In this document: positions 19,324 through 28,514 of the stretch, one piece after another | Position numbering within the stretch: position 1 is the stretch's first letter | Layout of the letters: each line of letters starts with the position of its first letter | Assembly (NCBI GenBank): GCA_016303175.1 | Contig: JAEDMF010000001.1 | Span: 1-43,356 of the forward strand | DNA: 43,356 nt | Reading direction: 5' to 3' | From: Bacteroidales bacterium | GTDB lineage: Bacteria > Bacteroidota > Bacteroidia > Bacteroidales > UBA932 | Program-made: the position numbers and the translations under genes | Notes under the pieces: generated by a model | The model's database searches: none | The model's input: only the letters and a program-made list of their open reading frames with translations | What the model was told of the DNA's origin: nothing

Positions 19324-21420
19324 ATGAAAAAGATTTACATTGCAATCTTTGCTTTTGCAGCTCTTTGCGCTTGTCAAAAGGAGCAGGCCTTGCAGAACGG
19401 CACAACGGATGAGACCCTTGTAGCTGCCGAAAACCAGATTGTCTGCCACGCTCCTTCCGCAGTGGCCAAGACAGGCACAGTTTCCACTTCCGCTCCTTTT
19501 TCTGTAGTTTGGCTCGATGGCGATGCGGTGAAGGTGATAGGTGAGTCAGCTCCTGAAGGCGTTGATTACATTGCTGTGCTGGATGCAGAAGCTGCTTCTG
19601 CCGTGTTCACCTCAGTCGGCTCACCCGTTATGGACGAGGACCGCATAGCAGTATATCCCGCATCAGCAGTGCTTGGAAGGGATGGCGACGCCGTCAAAAT
19701 TTCTTTGGCCGCGCTCAACCGTCCCAACTACCATTCCACCATACCCAATTATGGCAAATGGACCAATTATGTGCCTGCAGAAGCAGAGGAATGGAATAAG
19801 GAATATTATGAGACCAACAGCGTCTTCCCCCATCTGCCCCTTTATGCCAAGGGCGACGGCGATGTCTTCAGCTTCACGAACCTGACCTCCTGTGTGACAG
19901 TGATTGTCAATGATTATCAGGGCAATGCGGTGAAGGTGCGCAGCATCAAACTCACCACGGACAAGTACATTTCCGGTACTATGCTCCTCAATGGGGACGG
20001 CACTTTTACTCTCACTGGTGATAGCGACGAGCAGAAGAGCACTACGGTATATGCTGTAAACGCAGTCAAACTTTCTCCTGTCGATTATACTGCTTCTTCC
20101 CCCAATCTGGGCAACAAATTGAACCCCTTCTATTTCTTCCTTCCTGCAGGGGAGTACAACGGAATGACCTTCGAAATTACATTGGATGACGGCCGCGTTG
20201 TAAAACAGTCCACGGACAAGCAGATAGTGTTGAATAAGGGTGAAATGAGAGCCTTCCCCAAGGTGCAGCTCACCCTGTACTACGGAGCTCAGAATACCTA
20301 TCAGACCACTCCCGGTAAGACCGTGGCCGTGGATGTGAGGGCCCTGTACTCTACTTCTGACCGTCTGGTGGCAGAGAACAAGCTTGTGGAGGGCACCCTT
20401 CCCGTCATCACTCCTTCGGTAGTGTGGGAACTTGCAACCGATGCCACCGCTCTTGCCGAGGGCAGCGTAATTTCTTCGGTGGCCCTTGAAGGCGACGTGA
20501 TGAATGTGGTTGTGGGCGACAAGACGGGCAATGCCCTTGTTGCTGTGAAGGACGAAGAGGGCAGTATCCTTTGGTCCTACCATATCTGGGTTACCGAGGA
20601 TACTCCTGCGGACGACGTATATAACAACGGTACTGACAGCTACAAGCTTATGGACCGTGATCTGGGCGCCGTCTGGGCTCCTTCGATGACCACGTGGAAT
20701 GCCAACAAAGCTTACAAGACCTACGGTATGATGTACGAGTGGGGACGCAAGGACCCTCTGCCGACTTTCGGCGTAAGCGACCATGCGACGGCTTCAAAAG
20801 CCCTCTTCGGCCAGGAGGCCATAGTGCGCTCGTATCCTGTTTATTGTCTCAACAGACCTTTGACCCGTCTTACCGGCGCAACTGGCAAGAATGACGCCAC
20901 TGCTGCGCTCTATCCCGCATCCATCAACAACCAGATTCTCTGGGGTGTGAAGGCGGCAACTCCCATAAAAGATGAATCGGCGAGGACAGTTAAGCAGGAT
21001 GATGTTGTAAAGACTGTCTATGACCCCTGCCCTGAGGGCTATATGGTGCCCCAGGCATACCATTTCCAAGCATTGAAAGTGACCGGTACCATAGGCTCGA
21101 TCAATTATGGACAGCGTCAGGGTTATTGCGCTTTCCTAAACTCTACGGGTACTGCCAGCGGCAGCGAAACCGATGCGGACCTGGTGGTATTCAATTTGCG
21201 CGGTATATTTGGAGTGGCTACGGAGGTGACTGACGGTCTGGGCGTAGCAAGCAACGGTGCCCAGTCCAACTGGTGGACATCCACACCCTGGGGAACAGAT
21301 ACCTGGGGCGGAGGTGTGTTCCAAGTGAAGTTCGATACCAAAAAAAGTGTCATCAGCGTAGCTACAAATTCTCTGGCTACCAGCGCTCCCTGCTCTGTGC
21401 GTTGTCTGAAAATCGAATAG
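19324..21420 (+). CDS. Fimbrillin-family lipoprotein with C-terminal C-type-lectin-like (Fib_succ_major/FGE-like) domain; putative pilus tip adhesin
   Basis: MKKIYIAIFAFAALCAC lipobox. AKT...WLDGDAVKV...AVYPA...FTNL pilin N-region. GNALVAV...ILWSYHIWVT, MDRDLGA, YEWGRKDP, DPCPEGYMVP, WWTSTP and terminal SVRCLK. Confidence 0.75.
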   Translation: MKKIYIAIFAFAALCACQKEQALQNGTTDETLVAAENQIVCHAPSAVAKTGTVSTSAPFSVVWLDGDAVKVIGESAPEGVDYIAVLDAEAASAVFTSVGSPVMDEDRIAVYPASAVLGRDGDAVKISLAALNRPNYHSTIPNYGKWTNYVPAEAEEWNKEYYETNSVFPHLPLYAKGDGDVFSFTNLTSCVTVIVNDYQGNAVKVRSIKLTTDKYISGTMLLNGDGTFTLTGDSDEQKSTTVYAVNAVKLSPVDYTASSPNLGNKLNPFYFFLPAGEYNGMTFEITLDDGRVVKQSTDKQIVLNKGEMRAFPKVQLTLYYGAQNTYQTTPGKTVAVDVRALYSTSDRLVAENKLVEGTLPVITPSVVWELATDATALAEGSVISSVALEGDVMNVVVGDKTGNALVAVKDEEGSILWSYHIWVTEDTPADDVYNNGTDSYKLMDRDLGAVWAPSMTTWNANKAYKTYGMMYEWGRKDPLPTFGVSDHATASKALFGQEAIVRSYPVYCLNRPLTRLTGATGKNDATAALYPASINNQILWGVKAATPIKDESARTVKQDDVVKTVYDPCPEGYMVPQAYHFQALKVTGTIGSINYGQRQGYCAFLNSTGTASGSETDADLVVFNLRGIFGVATEVTDGLGVASNGAQSNWWTSTPWGTDTWGGGVFQVKFDTKKSVISVATNSLATSAPCSVRCLKIE

Positions 21421-21424
21421 TCAG

Positions 21425-24400
21425 GTGAACAGGAAACTTTCAATTGTTCTTATGCTGCTTACCCTGCGGACTGCTTGTTTCGCAGGGGAGCAGTTGCATT
21501 TCATCCATTACAACAAAGAACGCAGCGGCTTGTGTCACGACGGCATAAGGACACTGCTGCAGGATGGCAGCGGTTATCTGTGGGTAGGCACTTACAATGG
21601 CCTGGCCCGTTTCGACGGGAGAAATTTCATCTCCTATGACCGCAGTGATTTCGGCACTTCCACCGACTATATCTGTTCACTCTGTGAGGAGGAGGGAGGC
21701 CGTCTCTGGGTAGGTACGGACGAGGGCATCGTTGTGTATGAACCCAAAACGCGGAAATTTTCGGCTTTGCGCGCTGATGCTCCTTCTGCCCGCGTTTACA
21801 GCCTTGTCAGGGATGCCCGCGGGACTATCTGGGCCGGTGCCCGGGAGGATGGTCTGTGGCGCATCGATCCGGGGAGCAGGCATTGCACGCGTCTTGCTCT
21901 CAAAACTCCTTCCGGAGAGGATATCAACAATGTCTTCCGCATCAGCACCGACCTTTCCGGCAATGTTTATTTCTGCTCTTATTGCGACAATCTATACTGT
22001 CTTGATGCGGCTGATTCCTGTAGGGTACTCTGCGGGGACTATTTCCATCTGGATGACATACAGGGCATAGCCTGCGGTCCTGCAGGCAGCGGCATAGTAT
22101 ATGTGGCATCCAAACGCAGCGGCCTATGCGCCGTGAATCCCGACACAGGAGAGGTGGATGTGTTGCTCACTCTACCCTCCCACCAGCGCCCGGTAAACCT
22201 GAGGTACAAGGGCCGGTACCTGTATCTGTGTACTACCGGAGGTTTCATCCGTTATGATTTGATGACCCAGAGCAGGGACTATATCAGTTCGGCGCCTGAC
22301 GACCCTTTCTCTCTTTCGGACAACTTCGTTACCGATATTTGTTTAGACAACAACGGCGGTCTTTGGGCCGCGACCTCATATAACGGGCTGAATTATTCCA
22401 GCCCTCTGATGAACAATTTTGAACGCTATTACCGGACATCCGACGGTGAAGGTCTTGCAGGATGTTCGGTACGCGGATTCGCCCAGTCTCCCGACGGCAG
22501 GGTATGGATAGCTACAGAGAACAAGGGCCTGCTCTGCTTCAATCCTTCCGACGGAGAACTCAAAGCGGTGAAGAACAACTCTCTGCCAGCTTCCATAGTG
22601 GCAATATGCGCGGAAGGGGATGATTTGTGGCTGGGCTACAGCGGAGGTTTGTGCAGGTACGGCCTAAGGACCGGCATCGTAAGGAAATATACCCATATTT
22701 TCGGCGCTTCCAACCCTGACGACACGGAATTCCACGACAACAGGGTTGTGAGCATCTATGTAGGCAAAGACCCCCAACCCAGACTATACATAGCCACCAC
22801 GGTGGGAGTGTCCGCCTATGATGCTTCGACGGATTCTTTCACGGCGCTTCCCTGTCTGGATGGAGTAACTGTGGAGGATATGCAGACAGACGCGTCCGGG
22901 ATGCTGTGGATGGCATCTTATTCTCAGGGCTTGTACTTATATGATCCGGCCACATCCTCTCTCAAGGGACATTTTTCGGGCAAGACAGCCAAGGGCTTCA
23001 TACCCGAGATGAATTCTGCAGTGTGCGTGGACAACGAGGGCTCTGCCTGGGGCATTTCTTTCAACGGAGGGGTGTTCCACTACAACCCTGCCACCGACAG
23101 TTTCGACCGCTTCGGGCGCTCCAATGTGGAGGGGATAGAGACCGAGGTTATGCTTGAGGGCATCTTCGACAGCAAGAACAGGCTGTGGATAGCATCTGAC
23201 GACGGTCTTATACTTTTCGACACTGCTGGCCGGAGCGCCACCACCTTCACTGTGGCCGACGGCCTGTTGGACAACCAGTTCAACAAGGCGGCCCTGATGC
23301 TTGCAGACGGCAGGATAATTATGGGCAACAAGGGCGGATTCATCCTCTTTGACCCCGCTCTGATTGACGCCACCAAAAAGGCTCTTTTCGTGGCGTCTGA
23401 ACCCTACGACAATGTTATGGCGCGCAGGATTATGATTATATCCCTGCTTGTCGTGCTGCTCGCCGCCGCCATCATTCTGCTGATGTCCGCCGTGGTGCAC
23501 AGACGCGCGATGAGGCGTCAGGAAGAACTCCATAAGGAGGCGCAGCAGCAAATGCAGGAGAGACTCTACCAGGAGAAGATGAGTTTCTTCGCCAGCATCA
23601 TCCACGAAATAAAGACTCCTCTCACTCTGATACGCACTCCTCTCGAAAAACTCAGGGAGGCCTCCGATATGGACAGCGAAAAAATGGAGGATGTCAGGCT
23701 GATAAGCAGCAGCACGGACTATCTGGAAGCTCTCGTTAGGGAACTATTGGAGTTCATTACCGTGGAGCAGCACGGTTATGTGCTGGATGTCAGGAATATA
23801 GACATTGTAGATAGGATAGGCTTCATCTGTTCCAACTATCTTGAAACAGCCAAGGCCCGTTCCCTGGACTTCCGCTTTGTTCACGAGCAGGAGAGCCTGA
23901 TGTGTGCGGTGGATACCAAGATTCTTTCCAAGATAGTCAACAATCTGCTGCACAATGCCTTAAAGTATGCGGACAGTTACGTCAGGGTTGAATTGAAGGC
24001 TCAGGAAGATAGTTTGAAGATAATCTTCACCAATGACGGAAACATTATTCCCGACGACAAGCGGGAAATGATATTCAAACCTTTCGTTCATTTCGACAAT
24101 GGTGCGGAGTGCGCCCGCAGTTTTGGCATAGGCCTGCCTTTGGCCCGCAAGTTGTCCCAGCTCCACGGTGGCAGCCTCGAACTCTCGGAGCGGAGGGACT
24201 GCAATGAATTCGTCGTGAGCCTGCCTCTGCGTCTGGTGGAGGAACCCTCAGGAGAAGTGGACGAGGCGGCGGAGGAAACGCTGGGCAGGCAATCCGGTTT
24301 GCCTATGGTGCTGCTGGTGGAGGACAATAGCGATATGCTCTCTTATCTGAAGAGAAAACTCGCTCCCGAATATATGGTAGTCGGCGTGCGTACAGGGGAA

Positions 24401-25063
24401 GAGGCTCTTGCCAAGGTGGATAAATACAAGTTCGATCTGATTGTCACTGACATAGGCCTGCCGGGAATGAGCGGGGTGGACTTGTGCCGGGCATTGAAGG
24501 AAAATGCCGGGATGGCCCACGTGCCGGTAATCGTGCTGTCGGCCGTCTCCACGCTTCAGACAAAAATTCAGTGTATGGAAAACGGGGCCTCAATGTATGT
24601 CGAAAAGCCTTTCAGTCTGGATTATCTGCTCAGCTGCATACGTTCTCTGCTGGAAAAACGCCGGAATATGAAGACGGTTTATGCCTCCGCCGATGCTCCC
24701 GTGAACAAACTCCAGCTGGATTTGCCCGACAGGGATGATGACTTTGTGCGAAGGCTGGATAAGTTGATTGCCGACAACATAGGCGTGCCGGGCTTTACAA
24801 ACAAGCAGATTGAGGAGGCTCTTTTTGTCAGTCGCAGTTCCCTGAACCGCAAGATGAAGAACCTGCTCGGGACTACTGCCAACGATTATATACGCAACAA
24901 GCGGCTTGAGGCGGCCTCGCAGATGCTCAGTCGTGGAGGAGTTCGTGTCAACGAAGTCTGCTATGCCGTCGGTTTTAGTTCTCCCTCTTACTTTGCCCGT
25001 TGTTTCAAGGAAAAGTATGGGATACTTCCGGCAGAATATGCAAAAGAAAATCGTCATGGGTAA
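21425..25063 (+). CDS. Hybrid two-component system regulator (propeller sensor - TM - HisKA - HATPase - receiver - AraC HTH)
   Basis: Reg_prop repeats (QDGSGYLWVGTYNGL etc.), TM helix, HEIKTPLTLI, NNLLHNALKY, GIGLPL, LLVEDN, VTDIGLPGMSG and YAVGFSSPSYFARCFK. GTG start. Confidence 0.95.
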   Translation: MNRKLSIVLMLLTLRTACFAGEQLHFIHYNKERSGLCHDGIRTLLQDGSGYLWVGTYNGLARFDGRNFISYDRSDFGTSTDYICSLCEEEGGRLWVGTDEGIVVYEPKTRKFSALRADAPSARVYSLVRDARGTIWAGAREDGLWRIDPGSRHCTRLALKTPSGEDINNVFRISTDLSGNVYFCSYCDNLYCLDAADSCRVLCGDYFHLDDIQGIACGPAGSGIVYVASKRSGLCAVNPDTGEVDVLLTLPSHQRPVNLRYKGRYLYLCTTGGFIRYDLMTQSRDYISSAPDDPFSLSDNFVTDICLDNNGGLWAATSYNGLNYSSPLMNNFERYYRTSDGEGLAGCSVRGFAQSPDGRVWIATENKGLLCFNPSDGELKAVKNNSLPASIVAICAEGDDLWLGYSGGLCRYGLRTGIVRKYTHIFGASNPDDTEFHDNRVVSIYVGKDPQPRLYIATTVGVSAYDASTDSFTALPCLDGVTVEDMQTDASGMLWMASYSQGLYLYDPATSSLKGHFSGKTAKGFIPEMNSAVCVDNEGSAWGISFNGGVFHYNPATDSFDRFGRSNVEGIETEVMLEGIFDSKNRLWIASDDGLILFDTAGRSATTFTVADGLLDNQFNKAALMLADGRIIMGNKGGFILFDPALIDATKKALFVASEPYDNVMARRIMIISLLVVLLAAAIILLMSAVVHRRAMRRQEELHKEAQQQMQERLYQEKMSFFASIIHEIKTPLTLIRTPLEKLREASDMDSEKMEDVRLISSSTDYLEALVRELLEFITVEQHGYVLDVRNIDIVDRIGFICSNYLETAKARSLDFRFVHEQESLMCAVDTKILSKIVNNLLHNALKYADSYVRVELKAQEDSLKIIFTNDGNIIPDDKREMIFKPFVHFDNGAECARSFGIGLPLARKLSQLHGGSLELSERRDCNEFVVSLPLRLVEEPSGEVDEAAEETLGRQSGLPMVLLVEDNSDMLSYLKRKLAPEYMVVGVRTGEEALAKVDKYKFDLIVTDIGLPGMSGVDLCRALKENAGMAHVPVIVLSAVSTLQTKIQCMENGASMYVEKPFSLDYLLSCIRSLLEKRRNMKTVYASADAPVNKLQLDLPDRDDDFVRRLDKLIADNIGVPGFTNKQIEEALFVSRSSLNRKMKNLLGTTANDYIRNKRLEAASQMLSRGGVRVNEVCYAVGFSSPSYFARCFKEKYGILPAEYAKENRHG

Positions 25064-25115
25064 TAATTTGCATTTTTTTAAAAAATATTTGTACAGCCCG
25101 TACAGGCTTCAAAGA

Positions 25116-25123
25116 TAAATTTG
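25116..25123 (+). promoter_or_regulatory. Bacteroidetes -7 promoter element upstream of the DUF5107 gene
   Basis: TAAATTTG matches TAnnTTTG, 25 nt before the ATG in an AT-rich intergenic region. Confidence 0.55.
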
Positions 25124-25148
25124 TCTCAGCAACAAGATAAAAAACAAT

Positions 25149-28100
25149 ATGATGAAAACGAAAACATTCCTGTTTCTGGCCGCTCTGCTCACGGGCATTG
25201 CGGCAAACGCCCAGAATGGTCCCGTGAAAGTGTGGGAGGGCACGATAGATCTTCCTACCTACAGAGTCAATGCTCCGGAGAAGGCTCCCTTGTTCGCAAG
25301 GGATTTCGCCTATCAGAGAGCAAAGCGCTGGGTCTATCCCTATGCGATGAACGACAATCCCACAATGGAGAAGGTGGACAGTACGCACAGGGCTCTGTAC
25401 CTGGAGAATGACTATGTGAAGGTATGCGTGCTCCCGGACATAGGAGGACGCTTGTTCTATGCCACGGACAAGACCAACGGGTATGAGATATTCTACCGTC
25501 AGAGCGTCATCAAACCCGCCAACGTGGGTATGCTCGGCGCCTGGATAAGCGGCGGCGTGGAATGGAATGTCTTTCACCATCACAGGGCAACGAGCCAGTA
25601 TCCCATTGACTACACTCTTGTGGAGAATGCCGACAGCAGCAAGACTATATGGGTCGGCGAGGTGGAGAACCGCCATCGTATGAGTTGGGCGGTAGGCCTC
25701 ACCCTGCATCCTGACAAGTCATATATAGAGGTGACGGGCCGTTTCTTCAATACCAGCCAGGACCGCAACTCCATGCTGCACTGGAACAATGTCGCTACGC
25801 ACGCCAATGAGAATTACCAGATTATCTTCCCTGAGAACACCCAGTTCGGAATGTTCCACCACAAACTCAGCCACATCCATTGGCCTGTTGCAAATGAACC
25901 TTACAAGGGCAATCCCGACTACATAGGCGTGGACGTCAGCTATTGGAAGAATCTGCCTTCGCTCACCGGCGATTCCGTATTCATCCAGGACCTTCAGGAT
26001 GACTATGTGGGAGGCTACGACTACGGCAAGGATGCAGGCACTATGCTTGCCGCAAACCACCATATCAACAAGGGCGGCAAGTTCTGGACTTGGGGCCATA
26101 TGGCCTACGGTCACGCCTGGGACTGCAAGACCCTTACGGACAGCGACGGACCCTATGTGGAACTGATGACCTCCGCCTATTCGGACAACCAGCCCGACTA
26201 CTGCTGGATAAATCCCCACGAGACCAAGGAGTTCACAGCCTACTGGTACGGAATACGCAATCTCAGGCACGTCAACAGGGGCAATGAGAAGGCCACCGTC
26301 AATATGGACATCGCCCCGGACGGCAACATTCACGTGGCCGCCAATACTACCCAGATACGCAAGGACGCGAAGGTGGTGGTAAGCCGCGACGGCAGGGAAC
26401 TTTATAGCAAGACCAGTTTGATAGCCCCTGACAAGCCCTTCGCCGACGATTTCAAGGTGGACGCCTCTGAGGTTTCCGACCCCACTCAGGTTCTTATGAG
26501 CCTGTACAGCGCTGAGGGAGAGCTGCTTATCAGCTACCATCCCGTAAAGCACGACATCAATTCTCCTCTGCCCGAGGACCTCAAACCCGTGAATCCCGCT
26601 CCCGAGACAGTGGCCAACAATGAGGAATGTTATCTGATAGGTCTGCGCAATCTGCAGTTCCATCAGGCTCACGTTGATCCCAATGACTACTTCCTCGAAG
26701 TGCTTCGCCGTGACCCCGGTGACGTGCGCTGCAATACCAGAATGGGCGTTTACCACCGTCAGAGAGGCGATTACGAATCTGCAAAGATGTATCTGCGCAG
26801 GGCCATTCAGCGCCAGACTGCAAATTACACCCGCCCTGCAGACGGAGAGGCTATGTACAATCTGGGACTTGTCCTGAAAGACGAGAAAAATTATCACGCT
26901 GCCGTGGATACCCTTTACCGTGCCGCCTGGGATTATGAATATGCGTCTGCGGCATATTACCAGCTGGCCCAGATCAGCAGCACTCTCGGCAAGACTGCCC
27001 AGGCAGAACAGGAGTGCAATATGGCCATACGCTATAACGGTATGAACATCGATGCCAAAAATCTGATGACCACCCTTCTGCGCAAGAGCGGCAGGACGGC
27101 TCAGGCTGTGGCTATGGCAGAGGAGGTACGTTCACTCGACCCCCTGAACTACTACGCCGCCGCCGAGCTGGCCCAGCTCGGCGTAACTCCCCGCGGGGAG
27201 TTCAGCAAGCTGCTGCGCGGCGTCTCCGAGAGCTACCTCGAACTGGCCCTCTACTATCTGCACAATGGTTTTGCCTCCGAGGCTGAAGCCATCATCGCCG
27301 AGGCCGAAGCTATACGCCCTTATCCTACCTGCGAATACTATCTGGGATGGTTTGCCGACCTTCGCGGCGAGCGGGAAAAGGCCGCTTCATGGTTCGCTTC
27401 CGCAGCCTCCCTCAGCACCGACTATGTATATCCCTTCCGTCTGGAAACCGTCCCCGTGCTCGAAAAAGCCCTCGAATACAGACCGGACTGCACCATCACT
27501 TGGACCTATCTGGGCAACCTGTGGTACCAGAAGCGTCCCGAACTCGCTTTGAAGGCTTGGGAAAAGGCTGTTGAGGCTACTCCCGACTATGCTCCCGCCC
27601 TGCGCAACCTCGGTTGGTACTGGAAATTCAAGGACGAATACCGCCGTGACAAGGATGCCGGGGATTACCGCATCGCCCTCGACTGGTACAAAAAGGCCAT
27701 TGCCGCCGACAAGGACAAGCGCGCCATCTATCTGACTGAGTGCGACGAGATTATGGAACATATCAATGCACCTCTCGCCGACAGGTACGAACTCTTCAAA
27801 GGTAAGAAGGACATATACGAGGCCCGTTACGACAGCGAGACCCGCGCCATCAGGCAGCAGATACTCCACGGCGATTACGACGAGGCCCTGAAGAGTCTCA
27901 CTACCCGTTCCTACAGCCGTCGCGAACATATTGACGATTTGCACGATGTGTATGTGGACGCCTGTCTGCTCAGTGCCCTCCGTTGCTGGAAGCAGGGGGA
28001 TGACGCAAAGGCCCTGAAGTATGTCGTTATGGCCGGAGAATATCCTGAGAATCAGGGTTATGCCCATCTCGAATACTACGCAAGGGATGCCCAGGTTTAC

Positions 28101-28502
28101 TATTATACAGGCCTTGCATACGAGAGGATGGGAGACGCCGACACCGCTCGCCAGTGGTATCAGAAAGCCTCGGAGGTGGAAGTGAAGGACAAGCAGAATG
28201 ATGTGCAGTACCTTTGCGAGAAGGGCAAGGCTCTGGAAAAACTTGGCCGCGGAACTGAAGCCAAGGCTCTGTATGCCCATATGATTGAGTTCGGCGAAGG
28301 TCTTTATACTGACTATGTGAACAATTTCTTTGAGAGTTTTGACCGCGGTCCCTTCGAACAGGACATCAATGCAGTCTCTTACCTCACCCAAGCTCTCGGT
28401 CACCAGGCTCTGGGTCACAAGGGCAAGGCAGAAAAACTCTTCCGCGCCGCCCTCGACCAGCGCAACGACACTATCTGGGCCCTGTACAATCTCGGCCTCT
28501 AA
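25149..28502 (+). CDS. DUF5107-domain protein with C-terminal TPR repeats, secreted
   Basis: Signal peptide. VYPY, LENDYVKVCVLPDIGGR, VIKPANVGMLGAWISGGVEWN, GKFWTWG and GPYVELM...YSDNQPD motifs. Helical TPR-like C-terminal half. Confidence 0.85.
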   Translation: MMKTKTFLFLAALLTGIAANAQNGPVKVWEGTIDLPTYRVNAPEKAPLFARDFAYQRAKRWVYPYAMNDNPTMEKVDSTHRALYLENDYVKVCVLPDIGGRLFYATDKTNGYEIFYRQSVIKPANVGMLGAWISGGVEWNVFHHHRATSQYPIDYTLVENADSSKTIWVGEVENRHRMSWAVGLTLHPDKSYIEVTGRFFNTSQDRNSMLHWNNVATHANENYQIIFPENTQFGMFHHKLSHIHWPVANEPYKGNPDYIGVDVSYWKNLPSLTGDSVFIQDLQDDYVGGYDYGKDAGTMLAANHHINKGGKFWTWGHMAYGHAWDCKTLTDSDGPYVELMTSAYSDNQPDYCWINPHETKEFTAYWYGIRNLRHVNRGNEKATVNMDIAPDGNIHVAANTTQIRKDAKVVVSRDGRELYSKTSLIAPDKPFADDFKVDASEVSDPTQVLMSLYSAEGELLISYHPVKHDINSPLPEDLKPVNPAPETVANNEECYLIGLRNLQFHQAHVDPNDYFLEVLRRDPGDVRCNTRMGVYHRQRGDYESAKMYLRRAIQRQTANYTRPADGEAMYNLGLVLKDEKNYHAAVDTLYRAAWDYEYASAAYYQLAQISSTLGKTAQAEQECNMAIRYNGMNIDAKNLMTTLLRKSGRTAQAVAMAEEVRSLDPLNYYAAAELAQLGVTPRGEFSKLLRGVSESYLELALYYLHNGFASEAEAIIAEAEAIRPYPTCEYYLGWFADLRGEREKAASWFASAASLSTDYVYPFRLETVPVLEKALEYRPDCTITWTYLGNLWYQKRPELALKAWEKAVEATPDYAPALRNLGWYWKFKDEYRRDKDAGDYRIALDWYKKAIAADKDKRAIYLTECDEIMEHINAPLADRYELFKGKKDIYEARYDSETRAIRQQILHGDYDEALKSLTTRSYSRREHIDDLHDVYVDACLLSALRCWKQGDDAKALKYVVMAGEYPENQGYAHLEYYARDAQVYYYTGLAYERMGDADTARQWYQKASEVEVKDKQNDVQYLCEKGKALEKLGRGTEAKALYAHMIEFGEGLYTDYVNNFFESFDRGPFEQDINAVSYLTQALGHQALGHKGKAEKLFRAALDQRNDTIWALYNLGL

Positions 28503-28514
28503 AGATTTGAAAGT

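Noticed and set aside
19230..19412. 60-aa ORF in the ORF track
   Set aside because: It overlaps the fimbrillin start out of frame. The 19159-19305 frame fits the gap better and has a recognizable motif.
19151..21420. Diversity-generating retroelement
   Set aside because: A target-like domain is present, but there is no reverse transcriptase or template repeat in the window. The 19151-19323 gap is a small ORF, not a TR.
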